Shown: in pieces, positions 24,410 to 34,099 of the stretch
Layout of the letters: every line of letters begins with the position of its first letter
Numbering within the stretch: the stretch's first letter is position 1
DNA from: an uncultured bacterium
Lineage (GTDB): Bacteria; SAR324; NAC60-12
Direction: 5' to 3'
DNA: 38,961 nt
Assembly: GCA_964010765.1 (NCBI GenBank)
Contig: CAXGMD010000025.1
Span: 1 to 38,961, forward strand
The notes under the pieces: model-generated
Databases searched by the model: none
What the model saw: the letters and a program-made list of their open reading frames with translations, nothing else
What the model was told of the DNA's origin: nothing
Translations under genes and position numbers: made by a program

Positions 24410-25753
24410 ATGACTCCAGAGGAATTACGGAATATTATTGATCGTGCTCATTACTTTGGATTGCTTCAGAAAAATCTAGACGGACAACTCGTTCACGCTC
24501 CATTCTCGCTTACGCCCTATCAACTACCATCTTCCCTGATCTCACAACTTCAAATACACACACAGTGGTCAAGCCTGCTTTTTTGGAAGGTTGCTCAAAA
24601 TTCCGATTTTCTACGAGAAATTTTAGAGCCTACTGCAAAAGTAGACGAATTTGTACGATTCCTACTCTCCTTGATCCCGCAGGAAAAACGACAGGACCAA
24701 CAGCTCCTCATCAATCGAAATGATTTTCTCTTCGAAAGAAAAGAAAATGGAGAACTTCAGCCCCTACAAGTCGAATTCAATACCATTTCAGCGAGCTTTG
24801 CTCATCTCTCGGGTAGGGTCACAGCCCTTCACCAGCAACTTCAGCAAGAAAATATTCTGAAAGCAGCTCCCCTCCCTCATGATGCCATCGCGGGCTTTGC
24901 AAGTGGAATCAAAGAGACAATTGAGAATCTTGGTTGGCGGGATTCAGCTTTACTGATTTTGGTCCAGCCTAAAGAGAGAAACTGGTTTGATCAGATGGGG
25001 CTATTTGCTGCACTGAGTCAGCGTGGTGTGAAGGTTGTTCGGGCGACATTGGCAGAAGTCCATCAGAAAGGGAAACTCAAGAATGGAGACCTCTGGGTTG
25101 GTCCACAACGAATTGGGGTTGTTTACTTTAGAGCCGGATATGCACCGGGGGATCTTCCTGATGAGGAAAGCCGTTCAGCCAGAAGAATGTTGGAAGCCTC
25201 CACTGCAGTCCTGGTTCCGGAAGCCTCCATGCAACTGGCTGGTACTAAGAAGATTCAACAAGTGTTAGCTGATTACAGCATCTTGAGTGAATTTGTCCCC
25301 GAGTCCGTCGCGGATCAATTGAAGGCTTATTTTGCAATGATGTTTGGCTTAGAAGAAGAGGTAGAAGGTAGACCAGCTAGAGAATTTTTGGCAGAAAATG
25401 CAGAGCAATACGTCCTCAAACCTCAAAGAGAAGGAGGCGGCAACAATGTCTATGGAGCAGAAATTAAAGATTTTTTGACTTCTTTACCTACGAGTGAAGA
25501 CAGGGCTTGGATTGCAATGAAACGTATTGAAGCGGAGACGGCCGAAAGTCTGCTAGTGGTTCAGGAACAGGCTCAGTCTCGCCAAAGCATCAGTGAGCTT
25601 GGAATCTTTGGATTGCTACGAGCACAATCAGGTGATCTAAGAATGAATATGCCAGTGGGACATTTGGTTCGGACAAAGGCTTCTAATGTCAACGAGGGTG
25701 GGGTAGTTGCGGGTTATGCATGCCTCAACAGCCTAACCTCAACTAATCAATAA
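24410..25753 (+). CDS. gshB: Glutathione synthetase, eukaryotic type
   Basis: 447 aa. HAPFSLTP, QVEFNTISASF, ERN.FDQ, VYFRAGY.P, QLAGTKKIQQ, VLKPQREGGGNN, SELGIFG, GHLVRTK....EGGVVAG. Confidence 0.92.
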   Translation: MTPEELRNIIDRAHYFGLLQKNLDGQLVHAPFSLTPYQLPSSLISQLQIHTQWSSLLFWKVAQNSDFLREILEPTAKVDEFVRFLLSLIPQEKRQDQQLLINRNDFLFERKENGELQPLQVEFNTISASFAHLSGRVTALHQQLQQENILKAAPLPHDAIAGFASGIKETIENLGWRDSALLILVQPKERNWFDQMGLFAALSQRGVKVVRATLAEVHQKGKLKNGDLWVGPQRIGVVYFRAGYAPGDLPDEESRSARRMLEASTAVLVPEASMQLAGTKKIQQVLADYSILSEFVPESVADQLKAYFAMMFGLEEEVEGRPAREFLAENAEQYVLKPQREGGGNNVYGAEIKDFLTSLPTSEDRAWIAMKRIEAETAESLLVVQEQAQSRQSISELGIFGLLRAQSGDLRMNMPVGHLVRTKASNVNEGGVVAGYACLNSLTSTNQ

Positions 25754-25797
25754 TCTGAAGTACCTTCAGTGAGTTTCGACTGTATTTCCCAAAAGAA

Positions 25798-26601
25798 TCA
25801 TTGAGATGATTGTCCTCTGCGTTTTACGCTTTGCATCAATTGTCTAGCAATCCAGCAGGATAACCAGCGGGGACTGAATCTATTGGAAAATGTTCCAATT
25901 TGGTTGAGCCTGCCGTTGATAATAATCCTCTTGCCGGCAAGCATCCCTTCATAACCTTCTCTTGCCACCCTATCAGCAGTCATTACGAGCGGACCTTCAA
26001 AAAAGGGAAGCATTTCTACACCGGCTCTTTTACCAAATTCTGTTGCGGTTGGCCCTGGACAGAGAACAGAGACGGTCACTCCAGTCCCTCTGAGTTCTTC
26101 ATCCAATGCTTCTGAATAGTGGAGGACATAGGCCTTTGAAGCAGCATAAGCTGCCATGTTGGGAATCGGTTGAAAGGCTGCGGTACTGGCTACATTTAAA
26201 ATACGGCCTCTTCCTTGCTCAAGCATCTTCGGTAAAAAGCGTTCTGTGAGGCCGGTAAGCGTGACGGTGTTCAATTGAAGTAATTCCTCGTCTTTTCCCT
26301 CAGGTAAATCCTGAACATTTCCAAAGTTCCCAAAGCCTGCATTGTTGACTAGATACTCCACTTCCAAGCCCAAATCCTCGGTCCTCTGACAAAGCTCGCT
26401 CGCAGCTTGAGGAAGGGACAAATCCATTGAAATCACTTCAATTGGTTGTTTTGAGACCTCCATCAGGTCATGCCTGACTTTTTCAAGCACTTCCAGTTGG
26501 CGTGAGACTAGAATCAGTGAAATTTGATCTTTAGCAAAACATCTGGCGATTTCACGTCCGATTCCAGTTGAAGCTCCGGTAACCAGCGCATAGGATTGCA
26601 T
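25798..26601 (-). CDS. Short-chain dehydrogenase/reductase (DltE-like)
   Basis: TGASTGIG, NNAGFG, NVAS, YAASK, CPGPT. Confidence 0.92.
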   Translation of the reverse strand: MQSYALVTGASTGIGREIARCFAKDQISLILVSRQLEVLEKVRHDLMEVSKQPIEVISMDLSLPQAASELCQRTEDLGLEVEYLVNNAGFGNFGNVQDLPEGKDEELLQLNTVTLTGLTERFLPKMLEQGRGRILNVASTAAFQPIPNMAAYAASKAYVLHYSEALDEELRGTGVTVSVLCPGPTATEFGKRAGVEMLPFFEGPLVMTADRVAREGYEGMLAGKRIIINGRLNQIGTFSNRFSPRWLSCWIARQLMQSVKRRGQSSQ

Positions 26602-26628
26602 TTAAACTTTTTGGCCTAAGGAAATTGA

Positions 26629-27555
26629 ATGGAAAGGATTGCGCAATCGTTACGACTATTGGGTGATGAGACCCGTTTGAGGCTGCTGAGGTTGCTTTCT
26701 GAGCAGGCCTTGAATGTCAGTGAACTTACCCAGATCTTGGGCCTGGCTCAATCTGGTATTTCACGGCATTTGAGCCATTTGCGCAAGATGGGTGTGATTC
26801 AGGAACGCAAAGAAGGGGTATGGTCCTATTATCAGTTGACTCCATTGATTGACCAGGATAATGATCTCAGACTCTTTGCTCAGTATTTACATCAACAACT
26901 CGAAGAACTTGATGACCCGCACCATGACCAAGTTCGGTTACAGGAAATTTTACATCAACGCCGACTGGGAGGCCCCGGACTCAACGAGAAACTATTAGAA
27001 CCCGGGCAATCCTGGTCTGCCTGGTCCCGGTTGCTTGGACGTTTGCTTGGTACTCTTAAGCCTAATCTGCATATTGCAGATCTTGGCTGTGGGGATGGGA
27101 CTCTGACCCTGGAACTTGCTAGATGTGCTGAGAAAGTAATCGGAGTGGATTTTGAAAGTGAACCGCTCCGGGTTGCCCGACAAAATTTGCTTTTATCCGG
27201 CCTCCAAAATGTAGAATGGATTCAGGAACCCTTAGAAAAATTGTCGCTCACCGATGAATCAGTAGATGTAGTGGTGTTTTCTCAGGCACTTCACCATCTC
27301 AAGGAACCAGAGGTTGGTTTGCAGCAAGCCCATCGAATTTGCCGCAAAGGAGGTTGTGTCCTGATAGCTGAATTGGAGAGTCACAACCAAGGGTGGGTGC
27401 GTGATAAGTTGCAGCATGCCTGGCAGGGCTTTTCAGCTCAGGATCTCCACAAAATGTTGAAGAAATCTGGCTGGCAACAGATCCATCTTGAATCCTTACC
27501 GCCGGCACGAGAAAAAATTTTTCAAGTTCTGCTCGGGACAGCTCAAAAGCAATGA
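26629..27555 (+). CDS. ArsR-family regulator fused to a class I SAM-methyltransferase domain (SahR-like)
   Basis: N-terminal D.TRLRLL..L...LNVSEL..ILG..QS.ISRHL HTH; C-terminal DLGCGDG and QALHH. Confidence 0.88.
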   Translation: MERIAQSLRLLGDETRLRLLRLLSEQALNVSELTQILGLAQSGISRHLSHLRKMGVIQERKEGVWSYYQLTPLIDQDNDLRLFAQYLHQQLEELDDPHHDQVRLQEILHQRRLGGPGLNEKLLEPGQSWSAWSRLLGRLLGTLKPNLHIADLGCGDGTLTLELARCAEKVIGVDFESEPLRVARQNLLLSGLQNVEWIQEPLEKLSLTDESVDVVVFSQALHHLKEPEVGLQQAHRICRKGGCVLIAELESHNQGWVRDKLQHAWQGFSAQDLHKMLKKSGWQQIHLESLPPAREKIFQVLLGTAQKQ

Positions 27556-27599
27556 GCTAACAGGTCTTAATTCAAAAAAATACAGTGAGGGAGTCAGTT

Positions 27600-28676
27600 G
27601 TGAAGAAAGTTCGATATGCTGTGGTGGGTGCTGGTTGGATTTCTCAAGAAGCTTTCCTGCCAGGAGTGTGGCAGACGGAAAATTCGGTTGTCTCAGCAAT
27701 TGTGACTGGCTCTGAGGACAAGGGGAGAAAACTCGCTGATTTCCATCAAGTTCCTCATGTCTTCGGATATGAGCGCTATGCAGAGATGTTAAATGAAGAT
27801 ATTTGTGATGCAGTGTATGTCGCGCTACCGAACTCAATGCATGCCGAATACACAATTCAGGCGGCAAAAGCCGGTAAGCATATACTTGTAGAGAAGCCAC
27901 TTGCTGTTTCCCTTCAAGAGGGAAAATCAATGATTGAGGCTGCCGAAGAAAATGGTGTGTATTTGATGACGGCCTATCGCCTGCACTCTGAACCTGGCAC
28001 TGTGGAGGCAATGGAAAGAATTCGCCAAGGGGAGATTGGGGAGCCGCGCATTTTCAATTCGATCCTTTCCTTTCGGATACAGCCTGAAAATCATCGACTG
28101 AAAAGCTGCCTTTGGGGTGGACCACTGCAGGATCTGGGAGTCTATTGCATCAATGCCGCTCGTCATCTCTTCGAGGCAGAACCTACAGAGGTTTGGGCAT
28201 GCTTCAACGAAAGAACAGGCAATCCGCTTTTTAATGAGGTGGAAGAATCCATTGCAGCGACAATGATTTTCCCGGGAGGGCGAATTGCCCAGTTTATTGC
28301 GAGTTTTGGGGCAGATACTTGCGACAGTTATACTGTCGTAGGAACAGCAGGAAGTCTCACAATGGATCCAGCCTACCGTTTTGAAAGTGCCATGCGGCTT
28401 CAGCAACGTAATCAGGAGGTTATTAAATTGGATCAGTTCCCCTACACGGATCACTTTGCAGGCATGACGGCCTATTTTTCAGAATGCATTCTGAATGATA
28501 ACCCCCCTGAAGCTGACGGATTGGAAGGTCTTGCTGATCTCGCTATTTTACTTGCCATCGAGAAATCTGCTCAAACTGGGAAACCACAGAAAATCGAACT
28601 TCCTGAGAGGTTAGTTCACCCAAATGCAGAAATGATCTACCGCTATCCAAGGTCAGAAAAAAAACTATTACTTTGA
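27600..28676 (+). CDS. Gfo/Idh/MocA oxidoreductase (glucose-fructose oxidoreductase-like)
   Basis: YAVVGAGWI, LPNSMHAEY, GKHILVEKP, AYRL, GGPLQDLGVYC. GTG at 27600 follows GAGGGAG. Confidence 0.88.
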   Translation: MKKVRYAVVGAGWISQEAFLPGVWQTENSVVSAIVTGSEDKGRKLADFHQVPHVFGYERYAEMLNEDICDAVYVALPNSMHAEYTIQAAKAGKHILVEKPLAVSLQEGKSMIEAAEENGVYLMTAYRLHSEPGTVEAMERIRQGEIGEPRIFNSILSFRIQPENHRLKSCLWGGPLQDLGVYCINAARHLFEAEPTEVWACFNERTGNPLFNEVEESIAATMIFPGGRIAQFIASFGADTCDSYTVVGTAGSLTMDPAYRFESAMRLQQRNQEVIKLDQFPYTDHFAGMTAYFSECILNDNPPEADGLEGLADLAILLAIEKSAQTGKPQKIELPERLVHPNAEMIYRYPRSEKKLLL

Positions 28677-28704
28677 TAGCGTTTTCAGATCATTTAATTT
28701 GAGT

Positions 28705-28730
28705 AAGAAGTTCTTTAGAAAGGACTTCTT
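28705..28730 (+). terminator. Hairpin downstream of the Gfo gene
   Basis: AAGAAGTTCTT-TAGA-AAGGACTTCTT, 11-bp stem with one G-U pair. Confidence 0.5.
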
Positions 28731-28787
28731 GATAAACAGTATCTGCTCTTGCGATTTTTTCAGTTGAAATAAAGACTGTTGTTTATA

Positions 28788-28840
28788 TTTTAAGTAATTC
28801 TTAATTTAATTAATAACTTTTTAAGTAATTTTTAATCTAA
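28788..28840 (+). repeat. 22-bp direct repeat upstream of pntA
   Basis: TTTTAAGTAATTCTTAATTTAA (28788-28809) and TTTTAAGTAATTTTTAATCTAA (28819-28840); 20/22 identical, 31-bp period. Confidence 0.65.
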
Positions 28841-28865
28841 AATTTTGTTTGAAGGAGAGTCTTTC

Positions 28866-30404
28866 ATGCTGATTGGGATTCCAAGAGAAATTCTTCCTGA
28901 AGAGCGACGAGTTGCTATTGCTCCGGGGCACGTACCCAACCTCCAAAAACTTGGTTATGACCTATTGGTTGAATCAGGTGCAGGGGTGAAAGCCAACTTC
29001 CCTGATTCCCTCTACGTCGAAACAGGAGCCAAAATAGCTGGACGGACTGCGGAAGTTTGGAAAAAAGCAGATATTATTCTGAAGATCCGAGCACCTGAAG
29101 CCAAAGAAATTGAAAAACTACATGAAGGCCAAATTTTGATCTGCATGCTCCAGCCAGCCCAACAAAAGGTGTTATTGGAGGAGCTAGCAAGCAAACAAGT
29201 GACTGCCTTGGCTATGGATGCAATTCCTCGCATTTCGCGGGCTCAGTCGATGGATGTCCTCAGCTCAATGGCAAACATCTCAGGATATCGAGCTGTCGTT
29301 GAGGCAGCTCAGCATTTTGGGAGATTCTTTACCGGCCAAATCACGGCAGCAGGTCGAATTCCTCCGGCAAAAGTATTGGTCATTGGTGCTGGAGTGGCAG
29401 GCTTGGCGGCAATTGGAGCTTCCCATAGCCTTGGAGCTATCGTCAGAGCGTTTGATACGAGAGTTGCGGTTCGTGACGAAGTCAAGAGTCTCGGAGGGGA
29501 ATTTCTCGAATTGGATCTAGAGGAAGATGGTACAGGTGCAGGAGGCTATGCAAAGCAGATGAGTGAGGCCTTTATCAAGGCAGAGATGGAGTTGTTCGCT
29601 CAGCAGGCTGCAGAAGTCGATATCATCATTACTACGGCAGCGATCCCGGGCCGTCCGTCACCAAAACTAATCACTACAGAGATGGTTCGCTCGATGAAGC
29701 CGGGTTCAGTGATTGTCGATTTGGCAGCTGAAGGTGGAGGTAATTGCGAACTAACTGAATCTGGCAAAGTGGTCAAGCAAATGGGAGTAACCATTGTTGG
29801 CAAAACCAATCTGCCAAGTGAGTTACCAACGCAGGCTAGTCAGCTATACGGAAACAACGTACTAAAATTATTGAATCATCTGAAAGGCGAGAACCTTGTT
29901 GAGTTGAATTTTGAAGATGAAATCACCCGCGCAATCACCGTTACTCGTAATGGAGAGGTGACATGGGAGCCACCAAGACCTCCGGTACCGAAAAAACCCA
30001 CTCAACCGGAAACTGCTCCAGCTCAAAAAGCTGAATTGGCTGAAACAGAAAATGTAAAACCAGCTTGGCAAAAGATTTTTCATCCATACGTCGCTTATGC
30101 GTTAGCGGCACTCTTGTGTGTGATGCTAGGTTTCGTTGGAACGGAAGAGTTTCTGGGTCATCTCTTTGTTTTCATGCTTTCCTGTTTTGTTGGCTACATG
30201 GTGGTTTGGAATGTCACACCCTCTCTGCAAACTCCATTGATGAGTCTGACAAATGCGATCAGTGGAATCATTGTGCTTGGTGGAATGATGCATATTGCTG
30301 GAGATCATCCAATGCTGGCAGGTGCGGCAATTCTGATTGCTACGATAAATATTGCGGGTGGCTTCCTCGTCACCCAACGGATGCTTGGCATGTTCAAGAA
30401 ATGA
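28866..30404 (+). CDS. pntA: NAD(P) transhydrogenase alpha subunit
   Basis: [64 protein letters not shown] before ATG 28866. Confidence 0.97.
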   Translation: MLIGIPREILPEERRVAIAPGHVPNLQKLGYDLLVESGAGVKANFPDSLYVETGAKIAGRTAEVWKKADIILKIRAPEAKEIEKLHEGQILICMLQPAQQKVLLEELASKQVTALAMDAIPRISRAQSMDVLSSMANISGYRAVVEAAQHFGRFFTGQITAAGRIPPAKVLVIGAGVAGLAAIGASHSLGAIVRAFDTRVAVRDEVKSLGGEFLELDLEEDGTGAGGYAKQMSEAFIKAEMELFAQQAAEVDIIITTAAIPGRPSPKLITTEMVRSMKPGSVIVDLAAEGGGNCELTESGKVVKQMGVTIVGKTNLPSELPTQASQLYGNNVLKLLNHLKGENLVELNFEDEITRAITVTRNGEVTWEPPRPPVPKKPTQPETAPAQKAELAETENVKPAWQKIFHPYVAYALAALLCVMLGFVGTEEFLGHLFVFMLSCFVGYMVVWNVTPSLQTPLMSLTNAISGIIVLGGMMHIAGDHPMLAGAAILIATINIAGGFLVTQRMLGMFKK

Positions 30405-30454
30405 CTTCATCACTAAATTGAAAATCTGACACTCAATTAGGAGTTATAAACATC

Positions 30455-31837
30455 ATGCCCTCAGGGATAATTAGTTTAGCCTTTATTGGTGCGAGTATTT
30501 TATTCATCTTGAGCATCAGCGGCTTGTCACAACAGGAAACTGCTCAGCGGGGAAATCGTCTGGGCATGTTGGGGATGGCAATAGCGATTATTGCGACTCT
30601 CTGGTTGCCAGAGGCCGGTCAATATTTTTGGTTAGTCCTTTTACTAGCTGGGGGCACTCTCATTGGCTGGCAGTTGGCCACCCGAGTAGAAATGACCCAA
30701 ATGCCGGAGATGGTTGCGATTCTCAACAGTTTTGGAGGACTTGCGGCAACCTTTGTCGGATTTGTCAGTTATTTAGAGACCGTGGCTGGACCGGGATCAA
30801 CCATCCATATCTTTGAGGTTTTTCTTGGGGTCTTCATTGGAACCTACACATTTACAGGTTCTGTGGTCGCCTTTGGAAAGCTGAGCGCTCGGATTGGCAG
30901 CCGACCGGTGATGTTGCCCGGCCGACATCTCATTAACTTGGCAGGTATAGGAGTCAGTTTTCTTCTAGCAATTTGGTTGATGGTGGGTGAACCAGGAAAT
31001 CATGCCTTTGCCCTATTTTTGGTAGCGATGATCTCAGGCGCCATTGGGATTCATATGATCATGGCGATCGGTGGTGCGGATATGCCTGTCGTAGTCTCCA
31101 TGCTAAATAGCTACTCCGGTTGGTCAGCGGCCATGGCAGGATTCATGTTGGGCAATAATCTGTTGCTAGTTACTGGAGCCCTAGTGGGAAGCAGTGGAGC
31201 AATCCTAAGCTACATCATGTGCAAGGGAATGAATCGGCCTTTCATCAATGTAATTGCTGGTGGATGGGGAGTTGAAGAGGGCACGGTGCTAGATTCCTCT
31301 GAGGTTCAGGGAGAGGCAATTCCGATTCAGGCGGAGGAAGTGGCGGAACAACTTCGCAATGCCAGAAGTGTCGTCATTGTCCCAGGTTATGGGATGGCGG
31401 TTGCCCAAGCCCAGCACGTTGTGAGAGAGATTGTTGCCTTCCTCAGAGAAATGGACGTGGACGTGCGATTTGCAATCCACCCAGTTGCAGGTCGCCTCCC
31501 AGGCCACATGAATGTCTTGTTGGCTGAAGCGAACGTGCCTTATGACATAGTTTTAGAAATGGATGAGATCAATCCAGAATTACCAAACACAGATCTTGCT
31601 CTGGTGATCGGTGCAAATGATATTGTCAACCCAGGAGCCGAAGAGAATCCAGGCAGTCCAATTTACGGGATGCCCGTGCTTGAAGTGTGGAAAGCGGGGA
31701 TGGTGATTGCTCTCAAACGGAGCATGGCAACTGGATACTCTGGAGTAGAGAACCCACTGTATTTCCGTGAAAATACTCGGATGCTCTTTGGTGATGCCAA
31801 GTCAAGCCTGACACAAGTTGCTGGATTTCTTCGCTAA
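30455..31837 (+). CDS. pntB: NAD(P) transhydrogenase beta subunit
   Basis: [66 protein letters not shown]. Confidence 0.97.
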   Translation: MPSGIISLAFIGASILFILSISGLSQQETAQRGNRLGMLGMAIAIIATLWLPEAGQYFWLVLLLAGGTLIGWQLATRVEMTQMPEMVAILNSFGGLAATFVGFVSYLETVAGPGSTIHIFEVFLGVFIGTYTFTGSVVAFGKLSARIGSRPVMLPGRHLINLAGIGVSFLLAIWLMVGEPGNHAFALFLVAMISGAIGIHMIMAIGGADMPVVVSMLNSYSGWSAAMAGFMLGNNLLLVTGALVGSSGAILSYIMCKGMNRPFINVIAGGWGVEEGTVLDSSEVQGEAIPIQAEEVAEQLRNARSVVIVPGYGMAVAQAQHVVREIVAFLREMDVDVRFAIHPVAGRLPGHMNVLLAEANVPYDIVLEMDEINPELPNTDLALVIGANDIVNPGAEENPGSPIYGMPVLEVWKAGMVIALKRSMATGYSGVENPLYFRENTRMLFGDAKSSLTQVAGFLR

Positions 31838-31846
31838 CCTTAGAAT

Positions 31847-32317
31847 CTAGAAGTATAGTGAAACGTCCCGGTGATCAGCCTGGCAAACCGAAACCTCTTT
31901 AGCCAACTCCACACTCAATCATGGTTGTGAGCGTAAGCCAACTGTAGGTTTCAGCGCCTCTGCATATTCCCGAATTGATGGCAGCATATTCTGTTTGGCG
32001 TCTTGCCTCCAAGCAATCTCTGAGGCAAGAACACTCAAGCTTTCATCCACAAATTCCCGAGCTTTCTGCCGGTCTGCATCGGCCTTTTGGAACCAGCGTC
32101 TTGCTTTACTCAGTGGTGATTTGATTCCATAACTGCCAGGCACCTCACCAATTAGCGATTTTGCTTGCTTGAGAGCTTCTGTAACATCTTTTGAGTTTGA
32201 GGTTTCGAGTTCCGGTAGAAGTCCTTCCAGAACAGATCTCAATTGACCAATTCCAGAGTCGTCCTGAAACTTTTCGTTCAATAGCGAATAGATTCCCGCC
32301 AAGCTTACGCACGAGCA
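31847..32317 (-). pseudogene. 3' remnant of a larger gene, probably the soluble C-terminal domain of a long TRAP large permease, with an internal stop
   Basis: The frame continues through TGA 31921-31919 as LSVELAKEVSVCQADHRDVSLYF to TAG 31849-31847. No good start or RBS. The EIAWR...GLR.Q..L......C...HRD.SL.F pattern is recalled from marine TRAP permease C-termini (not verified by search). Confidence 0.6.
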
Positions 32318-32374
32318 TTAAATGAAAAAGTTTCTGTTCGACCTTTTCAAAAAATAGTTTTTAGAAATCAGTGC

Positions 32375-33241
32375 TCAGATCCCAAAAATTGAAACAAGCC
32401 CCGCTTTCTCCTTAAAATCGTCCATTTGCTTCTGACTTGGGCGCTTTCCTCTGTTTTCAGCTGCTTTCAGAACCAGCGGTAAGAGATTCACATCCCCCAC
32501 AGAATTCAGAAAGAGTCCTTCATGGGACAACAACCAGTGAACGGCTCGCTGTATATCCTTTTCATCCTGAAGTGGTTGGTACCAGGTGTTGTGGGTTTTA
32601 TCGACCCCAGCTGCCCAAGGCCCACGAGCAATACTCTTGATGGTTTGAACGGCTACATCTCGTTCCTTGCAAAGGTTCCAGGTGTCTTTGAAGTCACTCG
32701 CATAAGGTTCGTGTTGAGAGGCGAAATAGTTCCAGGGCATCAACACCGAATCAAAATTAAAGCGCCCCAGACTCCTTTTGTGCATGGTGGCAACGCTCCA
32801 ACTGTGTCCAGTTACCCCGATGAACTTGACAAGCCCTGCCTCCCGAGCTTCGATGCAAGCCTCTAAAGCTCCCCCAGCTGATAAGGCTTGCTCCCATTCA
32901 TCCGGGTGAAAAAGCGCATGAAGTTGGATCAAATCGACATGATCTGTGCAGAGTCGGTCCAGTGAACGATGTATCTCCTCTTTGGCTCCTGCATAGTCAC
33001 GAATCCCTGTCTTGGTAGCGAGAAAAAATTGCTTTCGATATTTCTTCATCCAAGGCCCAATTCGCAGTTCCGAATCACCATAGCTAGCAGCGGTGTCAAT
33101 GTGGTTGACCCCGTATTCGAGCAGCAAGTCCAAAACTTTGTCAGCTGTGCTTTGGTCAACGGGGCCCAATGCAGCGCCACCAAACAGCACAGCGCTACTT
33201 TGGTGCCCAGTCCTACCGAATTTTCTTCTTTCAATCGTCAT
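32375..33241 (-). CDS. Aldo/keto reductase family protein linked to larBCE
   Basis: [44 protein letters not shown]; 18 nt downstream of larE. Confidence 0.9.
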   Translation of the reverse strand: MTIERRKFGRTGHQSSAVLFGGAALGPVDQSTADKVLDLLLEYGVNHIDTAASYGDSELRIGPWMKKYRKQFFLATKTGIRDYAGAKEEIHRSLDRLCTDHVDLIQLHALFHPDEWEQALSAGGALEACIEAREAGLVKFIGVTGHSWSVATMHKRSLGRFNFDSVLMPWNYFASQHEPYASDFKDTWNLCKERDVAVQTIKSIARGPWAAGVDKTHNTWYQPLQDEKDIQRAVHWLLSHEGLFLNSVGDVNLLPLVLKAAENRGKRPSQKQMDDFKEKAGLVSIFGI

Positions 33242-33259
33242 GATGCCTTCATTATTGGA

Positions 33260-34099
33260 TTATTGTTGAATGGGCTCTTCTGAGAGATTCCCTCTCACAA
33301 AAGCCCGACCTGGTTGGTAAGGTTTTGGATCAATCACTACGGAATTGATGTGGTCTGAAGCCTCTAGAACTCTAGCTCTCAAGTTATGGACAAGCCCATG
33401 ATGCTTTTCCATCACACTCGGATTCTCAACTTCCACACGCATTTCCTGTTGGTGGATGCGACAACGAACGACAGCTAGGCTAGTTTGTTCCCGAATCCAT
33501 TCTTCAGTTTGATCAATCAGTCGAAGTAAATCTGCCTGTACTTTTGTTCCAGTGTAGAGCCGACTTGCTAGACACGGTGCGGCAGGTAGATCTGCAAATG
33601 GCAGTGCTGATAGACGGGCGATTTCACGAAGTTGTGGTTTTGTGATGGATGCTTCCACGAAGGGATGCCTCACTCCTGCCTGTTTTGCAGCCTCTAAGCC
33701 GGGCCGAAATTCATCGAGATCATCTAGATTGGTACCACTCAGCAAAACGCTTGATGAATCTAACTGCTCTCGAATTTCTCTCAGCGTGCGGTAAAGATTT
33801 TTCTTACAATGAAAGCAACGGTTTACTGGATTTGCCAAGTATTCGGGATCATCAAATTCACCTGCATTGACCAGTTGAAGTTGCCATTTCTCTTGATGGG
33901 CCCAACGTTTGACTCTTGTCGAAGCCGCAGCAGGCACTGCGGGTCCAACAGCATGCACAACAATAGTCTCCTCAGGTTTTTGACGATGGGCCAGAGTCGC
34001 TAGTAACATACTATCAACTCCCCCGCTGCAGGCCACCAAGCGAGGACTGGTAGCCTCCAAGACTGTGTTGAGTCGCTTTAAATCCTCGAACATCGTCAT
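33260..34099 (-). CDS. larE: LarE ATP-dependent sulfur insertase (NPN cofactor biosynthesis)
   Basis: PP-loop SGGVDS, NP.NRCFHCK, GTNLDDL..FRPGL.AA, PCLASR. ATG 34099 overlaps the larC stop (ATGA). Confidence 0.9.
   Translation of the reverse strand: MTMFEDLKRLNTVLEATSPRLVACSGGVDSMLLATLAHRQKPEETIVVHAVGPAVPAAASTRVKRWAHQEKWQLQLVNAGEFDDPEYLANPVNRCFHCKKNLYRTLREIREQLDSSSVLLSGTNLDDLDEFRPGLEAAKQAGVRHPFVEASITKPQLREIARLSALPFADLPAAPCLASRLYTGTKVQADLLRLIDQTEEWIREQTSLAVVRCRIHQQEMRVEVENPSVMEKHHGLVHNLRARVLEASDHINSVVIDPKPYQPGRAFVRGNLSEEPIQQ

Noticed and set aside
27496..28454. Antisense ORFs of 171 and 175 aa, and the many other short ORFs in the track
   Set aside because: They lie opposite or within well-supported genes and have no recognisable motifs.
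28677..28865. AT-rich region as a replication origin or CRISPR array
   Set aside because: No DnaA-box cluster seen, only two repeat copies with a 9-nt gap, and no cas genes.
31919..31921. In-frame TGA as selenocysteine or programmed readthrough
   Set aside because: The gene lacks its 5' part, there is no redox motif context and no evident SECIS; a nonsense mutation is simpler.
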